Of a DNA stretch of 48,910 bases, positions 18,676 through 27,119 are shown piece after piece. Under the pieces are notes generated by a model that was given only the letters and a program-made list of their open reading frames with translations, had not been told where the DNA came from and searched no databases. The stretch covers positions 1 through 48,910 of the forward strand of contig JAJYEF010000001.1 in assembly GCA_021785915.1 (NCBI GenBank), given 5' to 3'. The DNA comes from a bacterium (GTDB lineage: Bacteria; Patescibacteriota; Microgenomatia; Levybacterales; UBA12049). Each line of letters begins with the position of its first letter. Position 1 is the stretch's first letter. The position numbers were made by a program, and so were the translations under genes.

Positions 18676-19161
18676 ATGAATAAAATTCTTTCGAGCAATT
18701 CGGCAGAAAGCATAATTAAAAAGCTTAAGCAACAAAATAAAAAGATTGTAATTTGCGGGGGATGCTTTGATATCCTCCATATTGGACATATAAAATTTTT
18801 GCAAAAAGCAAAACAAAAAGGAGACATTTTAATTCTTTTTTTGGAAAGTGATGAGGCTGTAAAGAAACTCAAGGGCCCAAACAGACCGATAAACTCCCAA
18901 AACGACAGGGCGCAGATCCTTTCTTCAATTATTTTTGTAGATTATATAATTAACCTTGAAGGAATTTTAACAAATGCCGATTACGACAATTTGATTTTAA
19001 AAATTAAGCCTGATGTAATCGCGGCGACCAAGGAAGAGTTGCAAAACTTTCATATTAAAAGACAGGCAAAACTTTCCGGCGCAAAAGTTTCATACGTAAT
19101 AGGAAGATTCAGTGATAGGTCGACTTCCAATCTTGCAAAGCAAATAGCAAAGGACTTTTAA
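18676..19161 (+). CDS. Cytidylyltransferase-fold nucleotidyltransferase (RfaE/HldE domain II-like)
   Basis: 161 aa. CGGCFDILHIGHIKFL...LESDEAVKKLKGPNRPIN matches the HxGH nucleotidyltransferase signature of heptose-1-phosphate adenylyltransferase-type enzymes. Confidence 0.7.
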   Translation: MNKILSSNSAESIIKKLKQQNKKIVICGGCFDILHIGHIKFLQKAKQKGDILILFLESDEAVKKLKGPNRPINSQNDRAQILSSIIFVDYIINLEGILTNADYDNLILKIKPDVIAATKEELQNFHIKRQAKLSGAKVSYVIGRFSDRSTSNLAKQIAKDF

Positions 19162-19163
19162 CA

Positions 19164-19613
19164 ATGAAATTCTTAATAACTTCCCTTTTAACAGTTATTA
19201 TAATAATTTTGGTTATAGTCGTTTTAAATATCGAGAGAAATCCGTCTAATGCGTATGTAAAAATAGACGGAAAAACTTTTTACGTGGATGTGGCCAAAAC
19301 TCCTAAACAACAAGAATTGGGACTTGATATCTATAACAAGTTGCCCCAGGACCGTGGAATGATTTTCCCGTTTTCTTATCCTGATTACTATGCATTCTGG
19401 ATGCATGGAATGAAGTTTCCGATAGACATAATATATATAAATAACGATAAAATAGTAGACATTTTCCCAAATTTGCCGTATCCCAAAAATATCAACGAGC
19501 AACCCGTGACAGTAACCCCTTCGGAAAAAGCAAACTATGTTCTGGAAATTAATGCCGGGCTTTCTCAAAAATATCATTTTAAAAAAGGAGACGTTGTTGA
19601 AATAAGCTTATGA
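19164..19613 (+). CDS. DUF192 domain protein
   Basis: 149 aa. N-terminal TM/signal segment. GMIFPF...FWMHGMKFPIDIIYIN pattern typical of DUF192. Confidence 0.65.
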   Translation: MKFLITSLLTVIIIILVIVVLNIERNPSNAYVKIDGKTFYVDVAKTPKQQELGLDIYNKLPQDRGMIFPFSYPDYYAFWMHGMKFPIDIIYINNDKIVDIFPNLPYPKNINEQPVTVTPSEKANYVLEINAGLSQKYHFKKGDVVEISL

Positions 19614-20641
19614 TAATCTTGGGAATTGAAACAAGCTGCGATGAAACCTCTGCAAGCCTAGTAAGAGCGGAAAAAAAAGATCAAAAAGTCGAACTTATTA
19701 CAAACGTAGTTTCGTCCTCCCTCGCGCTTCATGCTAAAACCGGTGGGATAATCCCTGAAATCGCCGCAAGAGAACAGGTTAAATATATAATTCCGGTAAT
19801 TAAAAAGTCTATAGAGGGATTAAAAAATCCAAGAGAAGAAATTGATGCAATTGCCGTAACAACCGGTCCGGGGCTTATTGGCTCCCTTCTTGTCGGAGTT
19901 GAAACGGCAAAAACAATTTCGTACATCTGGGACAAACCGATAGTCCCCGTAAATCATCTTTTCGGACATATTTACGCAAACTGGATCGAAAACGGAAACT
20001 CGGAAAAAATAAATTTTCCCGTAACAGCCCTTATCGTTTCGGGTGGCCATACGGATCTGGTTTTAATAAAAAACCATAGAGAAATAGTATGGCTCGGAGG
20101 AACGCGCGACGATGCAGCGGGCGAAGCTTTTGATAAAACCGGAAGAATTCTAGGACTATCTTATCCTGCGGGTCCGCAAATTGAAAAATTGGCATCAGGC
20201 ATCAAAAAGGACGTGTTTAATTTTCCTAGGCCGCTTATTGATTCCGGAGAATTCGATTTTTCCTTCTCGGGCCTAAAGACAGCAGTTGTCAGAAAGGCGG
20301 AAGAAATCGGAGCAAAAAATCTAAACGAAGATGTTTTAAAAAATATTTCCTTTTCCATACAGGAAGCGATATTTGAAGTCCTGATCAAAAAAACTATTAC
20401 TGCTGCTGTAAAAACGCATTCCAGATCTATAGTTTTGGGCGGCGGAGTTGCGGCCAACCAAACTCTAAGAAATAAGTTTGAATTTAAAATTGAAAATTTG
20501 AAGTTGAAAATTCCGCTTTTCGTTCCCGAAAAGCGGCTATGCACCGATAATGCGGCAATGATTGCGGCTGCCTCTTTCTTTAATTATAAACAAGAGCCTT
20601 GGAAAAATTTAACGGCTGATCCGGAAGCTTATTTTGACTGA
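19610..20641 (+). CDS. tsaD: tRNA N6-adenosine threonylcarbamoyltransferase TsaD
   Basis: MIILGIETSCDETSASLV, VNHLFGHIY (HxxxH), GGGVAAN. The ATG overlaps the upstream TGA stop (ATGA). Confidence 0.93.
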   Translation: MIILGIETSCDETSASLVRAEKKDQKVELITNVVSSSLALHAKTGGIIPEIAAREQVKYIIPVIKKSIEGLKNPREEIDAIAVTTGPGLIGSLLVGVETAKTISYIWDKPIVPVNHLFGHIYANWIENGNSEKINFPVTALIVSGGHTDLVLIKNHREIVWLGGTRDDAAGEAFDKTGRILGLSYPAGPQIEKLASGIKKDVFNFPRPLIDSGEFDFSFSGLKTAVVRKAEEIGAKNLNEDVLKNISFSIQEAIFEVLIKKTITAAVKTHSRSIVLGGGVAANQTLRNKFEFKIENLKLKIPLFVPEKRLCTDNAAMIAAASFFNYKQEPWKNLTADPEAYFD

Positions 20642-20659
20642 AAATGGTAAAATAAATCC

Positions 20660-21637
20660 ATGCCATACGATGTCCTCCTGATAATTCTGATTCTGGTAGC
20701 CGGTTTTTTGCTCCTTTGGTACTTGATCAATAAAAAGTTATCCGACATCTCCAAACCCAAAACAGACGAGGCGCTTATTGAATGGCTGAAAACCATGCAA
20801 ACGACAATAAATAGCTCGTCCTCCCAAACAGTCAAAACGCTTCAGGAAAATACAAAACAGTTAAACGAGCGCCTGGATAAGGCTGCCGTCGTGATACAAG
20901 ACGTAGAAAAAGAAATCGGCGAGATGTCCGAAATAGGAAGAAATATGCGCGAACTCCAGGAATTTCTAAAAAGCCCGAAGCTTCGCGGCAATATAGGCGA
21001 ACAGGTGCTTAAAGACTTAATATCTCAGATGTTTCCAAAATCTAGTTTCTATCTTCAATATGAATTTAAATCAGGAGATAAGGTTGATGCAGCGATAAAA
21101 ACCGACGCCGGAATTCTCCCCATAGATTCAAAATTTCCCATGGAAAACTTTCAGAAAATGGCAAAAGCGGAAAAAGCCGAGGAAAAAAGAATTTTTGAAA
21201 AGGAATTTATAAAGGACGTAAAAAAACATATCGAAGACATATCGAAAAAATACATTTTGCCCGCCGAAGGGACAATGGACTTTGCTCTTATGTATATTCC
21301 AAGCGAATCAGTTTATTATGAAATCGTGAATCAAGCGGAAATTTTGGATTTTGCTAGAAAATTAAGAGTCTATATGGTATCTCCATCTACCCTTTATGCA
21401 CACCTCCAGACGATACTTTTGGCGTTTGAAGGTAAGAAGATTGAGAGTAAATCAAAAGAGATGTTTGCAATAATCAGGAACATCCAACTGGACTACGAAA
21501 AGCTTACCGACAACCTCTCGGTACTGGGGAAACATATTAACAACGCTTATTCGCAATATGGAAACGTCTCATCAAACCTTTCCTCTTTGGGACAGAAAAT
21601 AAACTCAACTAAACAATTGCATGAAACAAATAAATAA
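20660..21637 (+). CDS. rmuC: DNA recombination protein RmuC (short form)
   Basis: 325 aa. N-terminal TM helix, coiled coil, and RmuC core (RGNIGEQVLKDLI, DSKFPMENF, ALMYIPSESVYYE, VSPSTLYA). Confidence 0.8.
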   Translation: MPYDVLLIILILVAGFLLLWYLINKKLSDISKPKTDEALIEWLKTMQTTINSSSSQTVKTLQENTKQLNERLDKAAVVIQDVEKEIGEMSEIGRNMRELQEFLKSPKLRGNIGEQVLKDLISQMFPKSSFYLQYEFKSGDKVDAAIKTDAGILPIDSKFPMENFQKMAKAEKAEEKRIFEKEFIKDVKKHIEDISKKYILPAEGTMDFALMYIPSESVYYEIVNQAEILDFARKLRVYMVSPSTLYAHLQTILLAFEGKKIESKSKEMFAIIRNIQLDYEKLTDNLSVLGKHINNAYSQYGNVSSNLSSLGQKINSTKQLHETNK

Positions 21638-21697
21638 TAATTGCAAAGAATAAAAAATAATGCTACTCTTTAATTAGTTTGTTTACAGGAATGAGTT

Positions 21698-22147
21698 ATG
21701 ATTAGGAATAAGAATAACAAAATCTTAGTTTTAGTCTCTGTTGCCGTTGTAGTTATTTTAGTAATAGCAGTAGCCGCAACGCTTCTTTTGGGAAACAATG
21801 CAAATACAAATGGTCAAAATAGCGCAAAAAATACTAACCAAGAGGCTCAAAAGCAAGCCGTACAACAAATCATAAACACAACTAAAAATATAAGTCTTAC
21901 TTCTTCCGGGTTTAATCCACAGACAGTAACAATTAATGCCGGTCAAAGAGTTGTATGGCAAAACATTAGCGGTACACAGGGAACGGTAAATTCCGATAAT
22001 TTCCCAAACAATTCTTTATGGCCCTTCCTGAATTTAGGACTTTTTGCAAACGGTTCGAGTGTCGGTGTTACTTTTGACAAACCCGGGACTTACACTTACC
22101 ACAACCAACTGAATCCTTCGGAAAAAGGAACTGTAATCGTAAAATAA
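21698..22147 (+). CDS. Secreted or anchored cupredoxin-fold protein lacking copper ligands
   Basis: 149 aa. TM/signal segment, N/Q-rich linker, then a plastocyanin-like beta-sandwich pattern (FNPQTVTINAGQRVVWQN...GTYTYHNQLNPSEKGTVIV). Confidence 0.5.
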   Translation: MIRNKNNKILVLVSVAVVVILVIAVAATLLLGNNANTNGQNSAKNTNQEAQKQAVQQIINTTKNISLTSSGFNPQTVTINAGQRVVWQNISGTQGTVNSDNFPNNSLWPFLNLGLFANGSSVGVTFDKPGTYTYHNQLNPSEKGTVIVK

Positions 22148-22155
22148 ACCGTCCC

Positions 22156-22227
22156 GCGCTTCGCACTGCAAGTTAAAACTCCTGACTGCGCTTCGCTTGC
22201 ACATAACAGCACTGCGCTTAGCTTGCA
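22156..22227. repeat. Three GC-rich direct repeats (GCGCTTCGC..TGCA core) upstream of the helicase-nuclease gene
   Basis: GCGCTTCGCACTGCA at 22156-22170. ACTGCGCTTCGCTTGCA at 22185-22201. ACTGCGCTTAGCTTGCA at 22211-22227. The last two match at 16 of 17 positions and lie 26 bp apart. Confidence 0.7.
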
Positions 22228-22245
22228 TATGCTAAAATAAGCTTC

Positions 22246-25113
22246 ATGAATAAAGGCATCGGTCTTGACAAAAACCAGCTTAGAGCAGTTAAGCACGAAA
22301 ATGGACCGCTTTTAATAATAGCCGGAGCGGGAACGGGGAAAACTACGGTAATTACCCAAAGGTTAAGACATCTGGTAGTCGACAAAAAGATTCCGCCGCA
22401 GCGAATATTAGCGCTTACGTTTACAGAAAAAGCTGCCTTTGAAATGCAGGAGCGTTTGGATATTCTTCTTCCCTACGGATATACGAATTTATGGGTCCAT
22501 ACTTTCCATTCTTTCTGTGACAAAATTCTGCGCGACGAAGCTTATACAATAGGCCTTGACCCCAATTATAAACTTATGACAGAGAGTGAATCGGTACTTT
22601 TGCTTCGCAAACACCTTTTCGACCTGGGACTAAAAATATATAAACCTTTAGGAAATCCCACGAAATTTTTGGATGCCTTACTGACCCACTTTTCAAGACT
22701 AAAAGATGAGGATGTTACATGGCAGGAATATTTAAAGTGGGCAATGAGTCTTAAAAAAAGAGAGGAAAGGAAGGAATATTTGGAGCTTGCAAACGCTTAC
22801 AAGAAATACGAAGAAATAAAAATTCGGGAGTCCGTAATGGATTTTTCCGACTTAATAGCAAACACGCTTTTAATATTTAGGCTTCGCAAAAATATCCTTA
22901 AAAAATACCAGAATCAATTTAAATTTATAATGGTGGATGAATTTCAGGATACAAACTATGCCCAAAATGAACTCGCGATGCTCCTTGCAGGCCAAGGAGA
23001 TAAAAATATTGCCGTTGTCGCAGACGACGACCAGTCTATTTACCGCTTTCGCGGAGCTGCGGTCTCAAACGTCCTACAATTCAGAGACAACTTTAAAAAC
23101 GCCAAAATCATAGTTTTAAATAACAATTACAGGTCAATCCAGACAATTTTAGACAGCGCTTATAAACTTATTCAAAATAATAACCCCAACAGGCTTGAGG
23201 TAGCGGAAAAAATAAACAAAAAATTAAAAAGCCACTCAAACGAAAAAGAAGCTCCAATTAATTTAATTCATACAACTAGACCGGAAGACGAAGCAGAAGA
23301 AATTGCAAAAGAAATAAAGTCTTTAAGCAAAAAATATAACTATAAAGATATCGCCGTTCTCGTTAGGGCAAACAATCATTCCCAGACTATAACCCAGGCT
23401 TTGCAAAGAAATAGAATCCCCTATCAATTTTTGGGGACCGGCTATCTTTTTCAACAGGAGGAAGTAAAAGATCTAGTCTCATATTTAACCTTTCTCACAA
23501 ACCTATTTGATTCCGTGTCTTTATTCAGAGTTTTATCCATGGATATTTTCAAACTTCCCGTAATTGAAATAAACTATCTTCTCAATTTTGCCAAGAAAAA
23601 GAATATTTCTCTTTTTGAGGCGATGCAGGAAGAAAATCTTGGTTTTTTGAAAAACAGTACAAAACAAAAACTAAAAGATTTTGTAAAAATGGTGACAAAA
23701 CATTTGGAAAAGGCAAAAAAAGAAAGTGCAGGACAAATTTTATATTATTTTGTCTCTGATTCGGGACTTTTAAAATCGTTCCAAGAAATAGACTCCATAA
23801 GCAAAGAGCGTAAAGTACAAAACGTCGCAAAACTCTTCGACAGGATCAAATCTTTTGAATCTGAACGAGCCAACAGCAATATATATATAATTGTTGAATG
23901 GTTTGATTTAATGCTTGAATTAGGCGACAGCCCGACTGCGGCAGACATGGATATAAAAGACAGGAATGCGGTAAATATATTGACCGCGCATTCAAGCAAA
24001 GGCCTGGAATTTAAAATCGTGTTTATGGTAAACCTTGTTTCCGACAGATTTCCTTCCAGAGAAAGATCGGAAAAAATACCTCTTCCACAGGGCATAATAA
24101 AAGAAAAGCTTCCCGCAGAAGCCGATTTCCATCTTGAAGAGGAAAGAAGACTTTTTTATGTAGGAATGACAAGAGCTAGGGAGCGTTTGTATTTTGCCGC
24201 TTCAGATTATTATGGTACCGGGAAAAGAATCAAAAGGCTCTCTCAGTTTATCTATGAAAGCCTCCCGGACATAAAAACTGAAAAATCTGATATGTCTTCT
24301 AACAAGCACGATTCTTTAATTAAAACGTTGTCTTTATACGAAGAAAAAGGAAACATCGAGGAAAAAGTAAAACCAATTAAAATAAAACACATTACCTATT
24401 CAAATCTTCAAATGTTTGACATTTGCCCGCTTCATTATAAAGCGAAGGTTATTTTTAATATTCCGACACCAAAATCCTTTGTCCAAAGTTTCGGAATTTC
24501 GCTTCATAGCACTTTATATTATTACTATAAATCTGTCCAAGAAGGTAAATCTCTTAATTTAAAAGACATGCTTCAAATACTTCAGCGAGAATGGGTCAAT
24601 GAAGGCTATGATAATCAACAACATGAAAAGGAAAGCTATCAACGGGCAATTAAAGCACTTAAAAAGTATTATAAAAGCGAATGTAACCCGCCCGCAAAGC
24701 CCTTGGCGCTCGAGCTACCTTTTTCATTTAATTTGAAAAACGGAATAAAAGTCTCCGGCAAAATAGACAGAATCGACAATAACGGTCAGAACGGAATAGA
24801 GATTATCGATTATAAAACCGGTGAAGATAATCCTAAGGCCGCCGAGTCACATGAACTGCAGCTTGCGATTTATGCCCTAGCCGCAACAAAAATTAATGAT
24901 GAACTTCTAAACAGAAAACCGGAAGCTATTACCTTAACCCTGCACTTCATTGAAGCGGGGACTAAAAAATCAATGCATTTTACAAAACAGGACCTAAAAA
25001 GATACGAAAACGAATTGCTCGAGAAAATTAAAGAAATCGAACGCAGCGACTTTAAATGCAGCAAAAACATCCTCTGCAAAAAATGCGAGTATAAAATCCT
25101 TTGTAATGCATAG
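22246..25113 (+). CDS. UvrD/PcrA-type SF1 helicase fused to a C-terminal PD-(D/E)XK (Cas4/AddB-like) Fe-S nuclease domain
   Basis: 955 aa. Walker A AGAGTGKT, motif II VDEFQDTN, YRS, and GLEF motifs. C-terminal ICPLHYK, IDRID, EIIDYKTG, QLAIYA, and Cys cluster C-x5-C-x2-C-x5-C at the end. Confidence 0.85.
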   Translation: MNKGIGLDKNQLRAVKHENGPLLIIAGAGTGKTTVITQRLRHLVVDKKIPPQRILALTFTEKAAFEMQERLDILLPYGYTNLWVHTFHSFCDKILRDEAYTIGLDPNYKLMTESESVLLLRKHLFDLGLKIYKPLGNPTKFLDALLTHFSRLKDEDVTWQEYLKWAMSLKKREERKEYLELANAYKKYEEIKIRESVMDFSDLIANTLLIFRLRKNILKKYQNQFKFIMVDEFQDTNYAQNELAMLLAGQGDKNIAVVADDDQSIYRFRGAAVSNVLQFRDNFKNAKIIVLNNNYRSIQTILDSAYKLIQNNNPNRLEVAEKINKKLKSHSNEKEAPINLIHTTRPEDEAEEIAKEIKSLSKKYNYKDIAVLVRANNHSQTITQALQRNRIPYQFLGTGYLFQQEEVKDLVSYLTFLTNLFDSVSLFRVLSMDIFKLPVIEINYLLNFAKKKNISLFEAMQEENLGFLKNSTKQKLKDFVKMVTKHLEKAKKESAGQILYYFVSDSGLLKSFQEIDSISKERKVQNVAKLFDRIKSFESERANSNIYIIVEWFDLMLELGDSPTAADMDIKDRNAVNILTAHSSKGLEFKIVFMVNLVSDRFPSRERSEKIPLPQGIIKEKLPAEADFHLEEERRLFYVGMTRARERLYFAASDYYGTGKRIKRLSQFIYESLPDIKTEKSDMSSNKHDSLIKTLSLYEEKGNIEEKVKPIKIKHITYSNLQMFDICPLHYKAKVIFNIPTPKSFVQSFGISLHSTLYYYYKSVQEGKSLNLKDMLQILQREWVNEGYDNQQHEKESYQRAIKALKKYYKSECNPPAKPLALELPFSFNLKNGIKVSGKIDRIDNNGQNGIEIIDYKTGEDNPKAAESHELQLAIYALAATKINDELLNRKPEAITLTLHFIEAGTKKSMHFTKQDLKRYENELLEKIKEIERSDFKCSKNILCKKCEYKILCNA

Positions 25114-25179
25114 ATAGCTTGCTGTACCTTAGATATTAAAATTCTATGCGATGCATAAAATGAATTGGAGTCTCTTAAT

Positions 25180-25208
25180 TCGACAAAAAACAGGTTTTTT
25201 GCTAAAAT
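25180..25208 (+). promoter_or_regulatory. Putative promoter of rnpB
   Basis: TCGACA (25180-25185), 17-nt spacer, TAAAAT (25203-25208). The first P1 nucleotide of rnpB (25215) lies 7 nt downstream of the -10 element. Confidence 0.45.
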
Positions 25209-25214
25209 ACGCTT

Positions 25215-25608
25215 GAACTTTCGGAAGGAGAGTTGCTACTCCTTGTATTTTAGAATGTGAGGAGAGGAAAGTCCAGACAGGTCTAAGGCCGGGGACGGAA
25301 CACAAGTTCCGACTAGCAATAGCTGGTGCCCAAATTTTTTACCTACATTTAAGATTTGGGACAGATTTTGAATCAACAAAATCTGAGAGTAACAGAGACG
25401 AGTAGGAGTGAAACGGACAATCCCACCTGCTGCAACCTCCGAAGAATGCGTTAAAACCTTGCTTTAGGGGAGCATTAAAGATTGAGGGCATCCCTAAAAG
25501 GGGATAAAGTGACCAAATATCACTATTAAGATAGATTGCAACTTATAGCCCTAAGATTTTTTCGAATGGCTAGAAACAGAATCTGGCTTACTACCTTCCG
25601 AAAGTTCC
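25215..25608 (+). ncRNA. rnpB: RNase P RNA (bacterial type)
   Basis: Universal GAGGAAAGUCC at 25264-25274. ACAGAA at 25576-25581. P4 pairing AAG[U]CCAGA (25269-25277) with UCUGGCUU (25582-25589) leaves the conserved bulged U. Perfect 14-bp P1 between 25215-25228 and 25594-25607. Internal GGUGCC, AACAGAGA and GUGAAA elements lie in the expected order. Confidence 0.85.
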
Positions 25609-26642
25609 AATGTTTCCTCATCGTGATTGTTAAGCTTATCCATAGAAAACTCAACTATTACTCTTAAAGTTCCCGCAATCGGCACTGCCAAAACTAGTCC
25701 TAAAATTCCTGCAATATGCTCTCCGGCGATAACTGAAAAAAGGATTATTAACGGGTGGAGTTTTGTAATTTTACCCATAACATAGGGATTTACAAAATAA
25801 TCCTGGAATTGCCTGACAATAAAATAAACTGCGATAACTATTAAAGCAAGCTGGATTGACGATATGTTAAAATTGGCGCTTCCTCCCAAGAAAGCCACAA
25901 TTGCGGCGATAGCTGTTGCTACTATCGGGCCTATAATCGGTACTATTTCGGCAAAACCCGAAAAAACCGCCAAGATAAAAGAAAACCTCACTCCTAGAAT
26001 CGTAAGTAAAATAAAGAGTAACGAAGAAACGAAAAATACGAGAAAAATCTGTCCCCTTAAATACCCCACTAACACCGAATTTATTTTTCTTAAAAGTATT
26101 TCCATTTCAATTCTGTAGTGGCGTGGAAGAAAATTTAACATTCTGTCAACCATATTTCCACCTTCCTTAAGAAAATAGAATGCGGAAAAAAAGAAAATTA
26201 TAAAACTGATTACTCGTGAAAAAACTTGGGGGAAAAACGAAAAAATAGATGGATAGGAAATATTAGTAGAACTTTCTACGGTATATAAGGTATCATTAAT
26301 CGTCGGTCTTAACCAGTTTGGTATATTGTTGATTTGCGTTCTGGTAATCTTAGTAAGGGCATATACCTCCTGCCTTAATTCATAAGACTCCTCAACTGCC
26401 CTTTGGGAAAATACGATTCCCGCCAGTCCCAACAGAGCAATAATTAATGCATAGATAACTACAACTGATAATGTTCTTGGAAATTTAAACTTATCGGAGA
26501 AAAAATTAACGACAGGGTTAAATATATACGCGAATATTCCGGCAATTATGAAAGGGGTTAAGATTGCCCTTTCTATATACAAAAACCATACAAGCAAAAG
26601 ACCTGTTGCTATTAAAAAGATGGACTTCAGTCTTAATGTCAT
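25551..26642 (-). CDS. AI-2E family transporter (PerM/UPF0118)
   Basis: 363 aa with about 8 TM segments. Conserved FAEIVPIIGPIVA loop typical of AI-2E family permeases. Confidence 0.78.
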   Translation of the reverse strand: MTLRLKSIFLIATGLLLVWFLYIERAILTPFIIAGIFAYIFNPVVNFFSDKFKFPRTLSVVVIYALIIALLGLAGIVFSQRAVEESYELRQEVYALTKITRTQINNIPNWLRPTINDTLYTVESSTNISYPSIFSFFPQVFSRVISFIIFFFSAFYFLKEGGNMVDRMLNFLPRHYRIEMEILLRKINSVLVGYLRGQIFLVFFVSSLLFILLTILGVRFSFILAVFSGFAEIVPIIGPIVATAIAAIVAFLGGSANFNISSIQLALIVIAVYFIVRQFQDYFVNPYVMGKITKLHPLIILFSVIAGEHIAGILGLVLAVPIAGTLRVIVEFSMDKLNNHDEETLELSEGSKPDSVSSHSKKS

Positions 26643-26687
26643 AGACTAATTATAACAAATCCCAAATTCCAATTCTTATTTTGCAAT

Positions 26688-26969
26688 TTATCTAACAGCT
26701 TTCTTAAGCGTCTTACCTGGAGTAAAACCCGGAGCTTTTCTTGCTTGGATAGTAATTTTTTCTCCCGTCTTTGGATTTCGGCCCGGTCTTGTTGCTCTCT
26801 TTCTCACAGAAAACGTCCCAAAACCAGTAATTACTACCTTTTCCCCACTTTTTAGCGAATCTCTTATCCCATTAAGAAATGCGGTAACAGCCTCTCGTGA
26901 AGCTTTATTGGTAAGATTTGACTTTTTTGCTACTAATTCAATGAGATCCTTTTTTGTCATTTTATTCAC
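26688..26969 (-). CDS. hup: DNA-binding protein HU
   Basis: 93 aa. GFGTFSVRKRATRPGRNPKTGEKITI arm motif. Confidence 0.92.
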   Translation of the reverse strand: MNKMTKKDLIELVAKKSNLTNKASREAVTAFLNGIRDSLKSGEKVVITGFGTFSVRKRATRPGRNPKTGEKITIQARKAPGFTPGKTLKKAVR

Positions 26970-27062
26970 CTCCTTAGTTTAAGCGTTTAGCATTCAGAGA
27001 CTAACGATTAGATTACCAAAAACTAGTAGCCGACTGCTAACTGCTTATTATGATTAGCTTAA

Positions 27063-27090
27063 CAATACAATCTAAACCCTAATTTGTCAA
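27063..27090 (-). promoter_or_regulatory. Putative promoter of hup
   Basis: On the minus strand: TTGACA (27085-27090), 16-nt spacer, TATTGT (27063-27068). Confidence 0.35.
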
Positions 27091-27119
27091 TATAACAAAA
27101 GATGTCAAATTATAAAATT

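Noticed and set aside
19601-19620. Possible UGA recoding (genetic code 25), as seen in some CPR lineages.
   Set aside because: TGA at 19611-19613 ends the DUF192 ORF exactly where the canonical TsaD N-terminus (MIILGIETSCDET) starts, in an ATGA overlap. Other ORFs also end at TGA. The standard code fits.
25181-25201. caaaaaac-ag-gttttttg hairpin after the helicase gene.
   Set aside because: It is a pure A/T stem with a 2-nt loop and is thermodynamically implausible. The same bases fit better as the spacer of the proposed rnpB promoter.
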